From the NCBI GenBank assembly GCA_029564025.1, contig JAKQQT010000213.1, forward strand, positions 1-61,855: a stretch of DNA of 61,855 bases, written 5' to 3'. Origin of the DNA: Armatimonadota bacterium. GTDB lineage: Bacteria; Armatimonadota; DTGP01; JAKQQT01. Of the stretch, positions 54,703-61,855 are shown piece by piece (position 1 is the stretch's first letter; the number at the start of each line of letters is the position of its first letter). The notes below the pieces were generated by a model. That model ran no database searches. It was not told the DNA's origin and was given only the letters and a program-made list of their open reading frames with translations. The position numbers were made by a program, and so were the translations under genes.

Positions 54703-57700
54703 CTAATACGTAAACACAACCTTCGCGGGAAGGGTTCGAAATCCCACACGACCGTTGACCGTCGTATAGTCGTCTCCGTTGACGGTCACGCTCTTGATCT
54801 GCCTGTCGAGCAGGTTGGGAATCCATACCGCTCCCGAAGGATCGACACCGGCCTCAACGTCAATGGTCAGCGACTTCTCCTTCAACTCCATCCGGTACGA
54901 CAGGTTGCCGTAGTAGGTCGGCAGATTCGTAACGCGGATTGGGCCGGTCTTCAGCCATTCAGGCAGGATTCCTGCGCCGATCACCAACGATTCGTCAGTT
55001 TCGTCCTCGTAGGCAAGGATGTTGCGTACGAACTTGACGAACTCGGAGCCGACCCAGGTGTGCGGCATGTCCCCTATCCACTGCCCCGTTTTCTTGTCGC
55101 GCCACACGATTTCACCCCACTGGTTCCAGGCCGGCGGGGTCATATCACGCAGGAAGAGCTCGGCGAGGCGGTGGGCGTCTCTCGGACGGTCCATCATCAA
55201 AAGCGTACTGCACGACCGGATCTCGTACGGCGTGTAATCGCGCCATTTAAGCTTCCCCGAAGCCCTCTCATCGAAGAACGTCAGGTAACGATCAAACGTG
55301 CCTTTGAGGGCTTGCTTCGGAATCCAGCGCAGTTCTCCGCACGGGTACACGCCAACCGCTGTCGATGTCGCGTCGAAGTCCCCCAGTTCCGCGCATCCCG
55401 GAAAGTAATCGATCTTCTTTTCCGCCATCACAAGGCGCACCGAGTTGTAGAAATCCTTCCGGAACGTTTCCACCGCCTCAGTGAAACGCGCTGTATCCGC
55501 GGTTTCTCCCAATGCTTTGGCCATCGAGGCGGCGTCCTTCAGTCCGCGCAAGGCAAAAAAGTTATCCCAGTAGGAGTGCTTCGGTACGGAATACCCTTCG
55601 TGGCTGATCGATTCCGGCATCAAGCCGTACAAAGCGCGTTTCTCCGGAGGTCCGGTGATATAGTCGTTGGTCTTGCGCGTCTGCGTAAGTGCAATGATCT
55701 TCTCTGCCACACGCCGGCAGACGGGATACATCGCGCGCAGGAAATCCTTGTCGCTTGTGAAGCGGTAATACTGGTTCACGATGTAAAGGAACTGCCCGTG
55801 GCTGTCGTGCTCGGCCACAGGGTCCGCTCCGCGGCGGTCCACCACGCACGGCACCCACCCGTCAGGACGCACGTATTCCGAATACCACTTGATGAACTCG
55901 CGAACTTCCCGGAAGCGCCCCACTCGCAGAAGCGACGCAGAGGTCAGGGCTCCGTCGCGCATCCAACTGCGATCGTAACTGCGAGATCCCGGTTGAATCC
56001 CCGGCCCGTCGCGATTGATGAGAATGTAGGCGACGTTGGAACGCATGATGTCGATCAGGCGTTTCGCGGCCGGGGGGCCTTCAAATCCGGGGACCGATAC
56101 TTCCGAAACGCGCCCCGCGTGTTCCTTCGCCTGTATCGAACCGACCAGCGCCTCGGTCAGCGGAATGTCCTTCCCCTCGTCTCCCTCGCGCAACACGGCC
56201 ATCGTGACTGGGTATTCCTCGCCAGGCTCCAGATCGAAGTCGAATACGAAAGCACCGCTGGCCCAGCCCGACGGATCGGTGATTGACGTCGCGGTCGGCA
56301 CATCGTTATTCGCCAGTCGCGCGATCAGTGCTCCCTCGTCAAACGTCATTGCGCCGAAAGCGTGCGGAAGGGTAATCGGCTGGATTCTCTCGCGCCCGTC
56401 CACACTCAAGACCTTTCCGTCCCATATCAACGACCTGATTGGCGCAACTCCGCCCTGAACATTCAGGAACTGCCACGGCGGATTGACCTGATACGGGCGA
56501 ACGGCGAGGAACAGCCTTCCCTTCCGACGACCTGATGTTGTGTTCTTAATCTTGTATCGAAGGTACAGACGCTCTGCGGGACCGCTCTGTACAAACGGTT
56601 CAATCGTCAGTTGAACACCGGCATTCCACGCCACCGAAGGTGTTACCGCTTCTTTCAACGCGGGCGTTGACCGTACGTTGCTCCAGTTCCTGAATTTGCC
56701 GTCAACCAACAGGAACGATTCGATGGAGGGCCTCTGTTTGTCGAGTTCCACGCGGCCGTCGATATCAATGAGAGACTCGCGCCAGTCCCCGTTGAATCCA
56801 ACGACTGTCCAAGCCGTGTTGCGGCCAAGGAATGCACGGGGATAATAGCCCACGGGCGAGGCAAGCGCCACGGACTTCATGAAGGCGTTGGGCGACTCGG
56901 AGAACGAAAGGTCCTTGATTTCGAATCGGCTTACACCAACGCCGTTGGGACCCGGTGTAAAGGTCAAGCGCAAGAAGCGTGACTCGGTATCCGGCATCGC
57001 GACGAACCAGCGTTTCCCCCCAGGCCGGTCAGCCTTGTGTATGGTCTCCCATTCCTCACCGTCGGCTGATACCTCTACTTTGGCGTCGGCGGGCGGCATG
57101 CCGGGCTCCCAGTCAAGGACGAAGCCGCCGTACTCCCGGTTGTGGCCAAAGTCCAGCGTCCGACTGAACGCACCGCCTTCAGCCTGTCTCCAGACCACGG
57201 TCGGTTTGAATGGAACCGGTTTCGCGGAATCACCCTTAACACCACCGGAATACGCAACGGTTGGCCTGCCGGAATAAGGATGTACCGGCGGCAGTTCACG
57301 GAATTCTAGGTCGTCTATCCACACTGTGCCTTTGCCGCCTGTGTAGGCGGCAATGCCTATCTGCAAAGTACCGGCTCGTTTCAGGTCTCCCCCGCCGGCA
57401 GGACCCCAGGCGAACCTGATGTCTCGTTTGCGTAAGCGTACGATGGACCAGTTTGACGGGAACGTGTAATTGACCTGATTGCGCCACCACACGCTGTCAC
57501 CCTGTTCGTCCATCAGTTTGAACTCGAGGTTCTGGTTTGGAGAGATGGCGCTGATGCGGAACCGGAACTCGTAGTTCTCCGGAAGATCAAGATACAGCTC
57601 CCTCTCAGCCAGCACGAAACCGGCCTGTCCTTTGAAGTCATAGTCCAGGCGCATGGACGGTCCGGAATCCGTCTCGTCTCGTGTCAGGATCAGAACAGCG

Positions 57701-57816
57701 CCCTCGGAGGTGATCGGCTTCCACTTCGAGACATCATCGAACGCGTCAAGAACATCGGCGTTGGCGTTGCAGGCGATCAAAACCATTCCCAATACGGTCA
57801 AGGTAAACGTTTTCAT
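54703..57816 (-). CDS. very large secreted protein: CBM-like beta-sandwich + discoidin-like domain + six-hairpin (GH15/glucoamylase-like) glycosidase domain
   Basis: Trimmed to the ATG at 57816 (MKTFTLTVLGMVLIACNANA). The N-terminus has a CIA30/CBM11-like pattern ending in VWIDDLEF. A discoidin-like segment follows (FVLDWEPG...RFLRLTF). The C-terminal region contains SRSYDRSWMRDGALTS, typical of GH15-type (alpha/alpha)6 barrels. Confidence 0.75.
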   Translation of the reverse strand: MKTFTLTVLGMVLIACNANADVLDAFDDVSKWKPITSEGAVLILTRDETDSGPSMRLDYDFKGQAGFVLAERELYLDLPENYEFRFRISAISPNQNLEFKLMDEQGDSVWWRNQVNYTFPSNWSIVRLRKRDIRFAWGPAGGGDLKRAGTLQIGIAAYTGGKGTVWIDDLEFRELPPVHPYSGRPTVAYSGGVKGDSAKPVPFKPTVVWRQAEGGAFSRTLDFGHNREYGGFVLDWEPGMPPADAKVEVSADGEEWETIHKADRPGGKRWFVAMPDTESRFLRLTFTPGPNGVGVSRFEIKDLSFSESPNAFMKSVALASPVGYYPRAFLGRNTAWTVVGFNGDWRESLIDIDGRVELDKQRPSIESFLLVDGKFRNWSNVRSTPALKEAVTPSVAWNAGVQLTIEPFVQSGPAERLYLRYKIKNTTSGRRKGRLFLAVRPYQVNPPWQFLNVQGGVAPIRSLIWDGKVLSVDGRERIQPITLPHAFGAMTFDEGALIARLANNDVPTATSITDPSGWASGAFVFDFDLEPGEEYPVTMAVLREGDEGKDIPLTEALVGSIQAKEHAGRVSEVSVPGFEGPPAAKRLIDIMRSNVAYILINRDGPGIQPGSRSYDRSWMRDGALTSASLLRVGRFREVREFIKWYSEYVRPDGWVPCVVDRRGADPVAEHDSHGQFLYIVNQYYRFTSDKDFLRAMYPVCRRVAEKIIALTQTRKTNDYITGPPEKRALYGLMPESISHEGYSVPKHSYWDNFFALRGLKDAASMAKALGETADTARFTEAVETFRKDFYNSVRLVMAEKKIDYFPGCAELGDFDATSTAVGVYPCGELRWIPKQALKGTFDRYLTFFDERASGKLKWRDYTPYEIRSCSTLLMMDRPRDAHRLAELFLRDMTPPAWNQWGEIVWRDKKTGQWIGDMPHTWVGSEFVKFVRNILAYEDETDESLVIGAGILPEWLKTGPIRVTNLPTYYGNLSYRMELKEKSLTIDVEAGVDPSGAVWIPNLLDRQIKSVTVNGDDYTTVNGRVGFRTLPAKVVFTY

Positions 57817-57974
57817 AAGCCCATCATGCCTCACAAAACCACCTCCCGGCAACGGCGCTCGGTAACAATTCGTTACGCATCCGCCTAACGTATTGTTATC
57901 GACAATTCTTCAGTTGATACGTTTTGCCTGTTACCCCAAAATGGAATGTGATGCCCGCACCCTTCGCAACCGAC

Positions 57975-59780
57975 ATGCCAGTTACCGAACAACAGCCGCG
58001 CATCGTTGTGCTTGATACCTTCACCGCCAGCCGTATCGCCGCCGGTGAAGTTGTCGAACGCCCGGCCTCAGCGCTCAAGGAGTTGGTCGAAAACGCTATC
58101 GACGCCGGCGCGACCCGCATAGATGTCGAGTGGGAGGAAAGCGGCGTTCGGTTATTGCGCGTCAGCGATAACGGCGGAGGGATGACCGGAGAGGAAGCCG
58201 CCCTGGCCCTGCAGAGACACGCCACCAGCAAGATTCGCAGTGCGGACGACCTGGAAAACCTCAGCACCCTCGGATTCCGGGGCGAAGCGTTGCCAAGCAT
58301 CGCTTCAGTGTCCCATTTGCGCCTTCTGACCGGCAACGGCGAGTCGGCGACCGAGGTTCGAGTCAACGGCGGCGAGATCGAGGGGATCAGGCCTGCCGTC
58401 CGCGAGCGCGGCACCGATGTGTGGATCCACAACCTGTTTTTCAACCAGCCGGCGCGCGCCCGTTTCCTGAAATCGGCAACCACCGAGAATGCCCAGAATA
58501 TGGATGTTGTGACGCGACTGGCGATGGCTCATCCGAAAATTGCGTTCCGTGTTCGTGTGGACGGGCGCGAAGCGCTGAGAACCTCGGGTTGCGGAGACTA
58601 TGCCGAAACGGTGGCGGAAGCGCTGGGCGCCAATGTGGCGCGCGACTTGGTTCCGGTGCGGTGCGAAACCGAGAACATCGTCGTCCACGGCTATGTGTCC
58701 CGCCCTACCCTCACCCGTCCCACGCGGGCCGGCCAGCACTTCTGGGTGAACAGGCATCCCGTACAGAACCGGGTTCTCCTGCATGGTTTCGATTCCGGCT
58801 ACCGCGCCATTCTACCCACGGACCGCCATCCCTATGTGGTGCTCTTTGTGGAGATGCCGCCCGGCACGGTTGATGTGAATGTGCATCCCCGGAAGGCGGA
58901 TGTGCGGTTCCAGCGGGAACAGACGGTTCACTCGGCGGTCTACCACGCCGTGCGCGAGGGGCTTCTGGCGGCGGACCTGCGCCCGGAACTGGACCCGGAA
59001 CCGCTACTGCCCGCGCCCGGTTTCGGCGAGATTCATCCGTTGTTGCCGATGAATCACGGTCCTGTGACGTTTCTGCCGCCTCCTTCGACGCAACCGGCTC
59101 CGACCCCGGCCGCCTACGACCCGGAGGATCCCTTCGCCGAACCGCCTCCCGCCGTACCGCAACCCGAAACGCCGCAGGCGACCCAACCGGCCACCGGAAT
59201 GCGAACCACATTCCGCGTGCTAGGGCAGATTCAAAACACATTCCTCGTTGTGGAGGGCGACAAAGGTTTGATGCTGGTCGACCAGCACGTGGCGCACGAA
59301 CGGGTGCTTTATGAGGAACTGGCGCGCCAGATGTCGTCTTCCGCGCCGGACAGCCAGCACCTTCTGCTCCCTATGTCGGTCCAACTGGAGCCTTCGGAGA
59401 TGGCTGTCTGGAAGACGAACCGCGCCGGACTGGAAAGCGCCGGTTTCGAGATTGAGGAGTTCGGAACGGATTCGGTGCTTATACGCGCAGTTCCGGCACT
59501 GCTGGCCTCCCGGTTCACCGAGCGCTCCTTCAAGGACTTTCTGAGCGGAATGGTCGAAGGCGGTCCCGTCGGGTCTTCGGACGACTTGCGCGAACATATC
59601 CTGAGCACAGCGTCGTGCAAGGCGGCCGTCAAGGCGGGCGACGTGTTGGAGCCGGAGGAAATGAGCGGCCTGATGGAAGCCCTGTTCCGAACCACCAATC
59701 CCTATCTATGCCCGCACGGACGCCCGATTATTTTACATCTTACCGTCGATGAACTTCTCAAGAAGTTCCAGCGCGCCTGA
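57975..59780 (+). CDS. mutL: DNA mismatch repair protein MutL
   Basis: Contains the GHKL ATPase motifs IAAGEVVERPASALKELVENAIDAGA and DNGGGM, plus a C-terminal dimerisation/endonuclease region. I prefer the ATG at 57975; the ATG at 57951 is an alternative. Confidence 0.92.
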   Translation: MPVTEQQPRIVVLDTFTASRIAAGEVVERPASALKELVENAIDAGATRIDVEWEESGVRLLRVSDNGGGMTGEEAALALQRHATSKIRSADDLENLSTLGFRGEALPSIASVSHLRLLTGNGESATEVRVNGGEIEGIRPAVRERGTDVWIHNLFFNQPARARFLKSATTENAQNMDVVTRLAMAHPKIAFRVRVDGREALRTSGCGDYAETVAEALGANVARDLVPVRCETENIVVHGYVSRPTLTRPTRAGQHFWVNRHPVQNRVLLHGFDSGYRAILPTDRHPYVVLFVEMPPGTVDVNVHPRKADVRFQREQTVHSAVYHAVREGLLAADLRPELDPEPLLPAPGFGEIHPLLPMNHGPVTFLPPPSTQPAPTPAAYDPEDPFAEPPPAVPQPETPQATQPATGMRTTFRVLGQIQNTFLVVEGDKGLMLVDQHVAHERVLYEELARQMSSSAPDSQHLLLPMSVQLEPSEMAVWKTNRAGLESAGFEIEEFGTDSVLIRAVPALLASRFTERSFKDFLSGMVEGGPVGSSDDLREHILSTASCKAAVKAGDVLEPEEMSGLMEALFRTTNPYLCPHGRPIILHLTVDELLKKFQRA

Positions 59781-59784
59781 ATCC

Positions 59785-60501
59785 ATGTCCGACACCAAAA
59801 GTGATACAAACTCGCGACCTCCCGATGTGATGGTGCGAGAAATGCCCTCCGAAATGCGTCCTCGCGAGCGCCTGGAGCAATTCGGCGCTTCTGCGCTGAG
59901 CAAGGAGGAACTCGTCGCCATCCTGCTGAGGATGGGCGCGCAGGGCGAATCCGTTGTCTCCGTTTCGAAGCGACTCCTGACCCGGTTTGGAGATCTTCGT
60001 TCGCTTGCCTCCGCTTCTCTGGAGGAGATCGCCGACGTGCGCGGTATCGGGCGCGTCAAGGCCATCACCATCAAGGCCGCCATGGAACTCGGCATGCGTT
60101 TAGCGGAAGAAAAAGTGGACCGTAGCGAACCGATACGTACAGCCGAAGACGTTTGGCGCCTCTACGGGCCGAGGATGCGCCAACCTGACAAGGAGCGGTT
60201 CTGCGTGATCCTGTTGGACACGAAGAATCAGGTGCTTGAGTTTCACACGGTCTCGGTCGGAACGCTGAACGCCAGCCTGGTCCACCCGCGCGAAGTGTTT
60301 CGCGAAGCGATTCGCCGGGGTTGCCACAGCATCATCTGCGTGCACAACCACCCCAGCGGAGATCCGACGCCCAGCGCGGACGACATCGCTGTCACGAAGG
60401 ACCTGGTCAAGGCCGGCGAAATCATGAAGATCCGCGTGCTGGACCACGTGATAATCGGCGAAACACGATGGGTTAGCATGCAGGAGACGGGCCTGATATG
60501 A
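59785..60501 (+). CDS. radC: RadC family protein (HhH + JAB/MPN domain)
   Basis: Trimmed to the ATG at 59785. Contains RPRERL, ELVAILLRMG and the JAMM-like HNHPSGDPTPSADD. Confidence 0.9.
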   Translation: MSDTKSDTNSRPPDVMVREMPSEMRPRERLEQFGASALSKEELVAILLRMGAQGESVVSVSKRLLTRFGDLRSLASASLEEIADVRGIGRVKAITIKAAMELGMRLAEEKVDRSEPIRTAEDVWRLYGPRMRQPDKERFCVILLDTKNQVLEFHTVSVGTLNASLVHPREVFREAIRRGCHSIICVHNHPSGDPTPSADDIAVTKDLVKAGEIMKIRVLDHVIIGETRWVSMQETGLI

Positions 60502-61673
60502 AATCCCGTATACGAATCGCGTTTCTTCTCGCATGGACAATTGTGATGACTATGACGACTCCATCTACGGCCATGACACCGGTACCCGCGCCCCGGGGCA
60601 AAACCGATGTATTCGTGAACCGTAGCCTGGTCGACCGGGCTGAAGTTTCGAATCTGCGATTTGATACACGCCTGGGCGGCTTCCGCCTTCAAGATGATCC
60701 CGCCGGCGGTTTCTTGGAAAGAGGGTCGGTAACTTCGGATTCTGTTTTTTACGAATCCGGCGTGACCTCCGTCGTGCCGTCGTGGAACGCGGACTGCCCG
60801 AACGGGACCTTCGTACGCATCGAATTGCAGGCCAGACCGGATGCGGAGTCGGAGTGGAGCGCGTGGTACCAGATTGCCAACTGGGGTGATCCGAACGTTG
60901 CGGAGACGAGGAATCCCGAGACCGTTCTCAAGGGAGACGCCTTCGCCAGGGTCGTGGAGGACATCCTTGAACTGAGCCGCCCGTGTACTCAGTTGAGGTA
61001 CCGGATTACCCTCTTGACCACGGACAAGACGGCATCTCCCCTGCTGACACTGGTGGCCCTCGCGGCCATCAACAGGAATCTGGTCAATGCCCCGGATGAC
61101 TCGCGCGGACCCGCCTGGGGGCGATCAGTGAAGTGCGATTTCATCTCGCAGGTCGTTCAGCCTCGCGACCTCGCCTGGCGGGTATGCGGCCCGACCTCAC
61201 TGACCATGGCCCTGACCGCCCACGGCGTCAGCCTGAAGGTCCCATTCGTGGCTGAAAGGGCGTGGGATATGGTCAATGCCATTTACGGAAACTGGCCGTT
61301 TCTGGCCGCCGCTGCTTCCGACCTTCTTCGCCGATATGAGAACGCCATTCCCCAGAAGAAGGGCTTCAGAAAGGCTTTTCAGGCATATGTGATGTGGCCG
61401 TCCGACTGGAAGGCCGTGGAGCGCGAAATCCTCAGCGGCAACCCCTGCATCCTGAGCATGAGGTTTGAACGCGGCGAGTTGTCTGTCGATCCGGAAAGGC
61501 GCAGTGACGGGCACCTTATTGTGGTCCGCGGTTTTACTAAGAACGGAGACGTGATGTGCCTGGATCCCGCGTACCGCGAGGAGAAGAACGGACGCATCAC
61601 ATATAACCGGCAGGAACTTCACAACGCGCGTCACGGCGGCCCGATCATCGTCCTGCACCCGTATTCGAAGTAA
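60498..61673 (+). CDS. secreted peptidase C39-like (papain-fold) domain protein
   Basis: Has an N-terminal signal/anchor (IAFLLAWTIVMTM). The C-terminal domain carries the Cys context VCGPTSLTMAL and the His context DGHLIVVRGF. The start forms an ATGA overlap with the radC stop. Confidence 0.7.
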   Translation: MKSRIRIAFLLAWTIVMTMTTPSTAMTPVPAPRGKTDVFVNRSLVDRAEVSNLRFDTRLGGFRLQDDPAGGFLERGSVTSDSVFYESGVTSVVPSWNADCPNGTFVRIELQARPDAESEWSAWYQIANWGDPNVAETRNPETVLKGDAFARVVEDILELSRPCTQLRYRITLLTTDKTASPLLTLVALAAINRNLVNAPDDSRGPAWGRSVKCDFISQVVQPRDLAWRVCGPTSLTMALTAHGVSLKVPFVAERAWDMVNAIYGNWPFLAAAASDLLRRYENAIPQKKGFRKAFQAYVMWPSDWKAVEREILSGNPCILSMRFERGELSVDPERRSDGHLIVVRGFTKNGDVMCLDPAYREEKNGRITYNRQELHNARHGGPIIVLHPYSK

Positions 61674-61752
61674 CGGCACGGTTTTCGTGTTACGGGCGAT
61701 GGGCACGGCATGCCCATCTGTACCAACTAAATCGACTAACTGAGCGTAAATC

Positions 61753-61854
61753 GTGTCATTTCGAGCGTAGCGAGAAATCTGCGGTTGCTTTTCCCGCCGC
61801 AAGCGGCGGGTGGGATGAACCGCAGATTCCTCACATTCGTTCGGAATGACACAC
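61753..61854. repeat. inverted pair of the repeat family flanking a GC hairpin (MITE/REP-like); may continue past the window end
   Basis: Left arm GTGTCATTTCGAGCGTAGCGAGAAATCTGCGGTT (61753..61786). Right arm AACCGCAGATTCCTCACATTCGTTCGGAATGACAC (61818..61854). Central hairpin CCCGCCG-caag-CGGCGGG (61793..61810). Confidence 0.7.
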
Positions 61855-61855
61855 T

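Noticed and set aside
44063-57900. Genomic island integrated at tRNA-Gln (efflux operon plus large secreted proteins)
   Set aside because: There is no integrase next to the tRNA, no direct repeat of the tRNA 3' end that I could find, and no mobility genes. The content is accessory-like, but there is no structural evidence of an island.

Overview
High-GC bacterial chromosomal window with about 55 protein genes and 2 tRNAs, tightly packed and mostly housekeeping. Left to right: a prfA fragment, DUF4127 and an AGE-family epimerase. Then uvrC preceded by an unusually long PIMT-like methyltransferase, and a small secreted dockerin protein. Next is a long minus-strand translation/RNA block (nusA-ylxR-infB-DUF503-rbfA-nrnA-truB-ribF), followed by a solo tyrosine recombinase that overlaps a PD40 beta-propeller gene. 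cimA and mutS2 follow. Two plus-strand sugar/amino-sugar operons come next (split transketolase + TIM-barrel + SIS; DegT aminotransferase + Gfo/Idh/MocA), then an M20 peptidase. A second very long minus-strand array runs recG-coaD-pta-ackA-DUF177-rpmF-plsX-fabHDG-acpP-fabF-GT2-Zn ribbon-aspC-rnc-mtnP. After it are divergent tRNA-Pro/tRNA-Gln, a six-gene TolC/adaptor/MacB-type efflux operon with two uncharacterised secreted accessory proteins, and two very large secreted multidomain proteins (an HExxH protein and a GH15-like protein) flanking a DUF5990 gene and palindromic repeats. The window ends with mutL-radC-C39-like peptidase and another copy of the palindromic repeat family. Gene order is Firmicutes/Terrabacteria-like, yet TolC, a PD40 protein and a secretin-N0-like module imply an outer membrane; I cannot assign taxonomy from sequence alone. 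I found no CRISPR array, transposase, prophage, toxin-antitoxin pair or recognisable defence system. The best candidates for something undescribed are the efflux operon with its two embedded accessory proteins and the orphan long-form PIMT-like methyltransferase. Both are hypotheses built from domain architecture and gene context only. All family calls come from motif recognition by eye; no searches were run.
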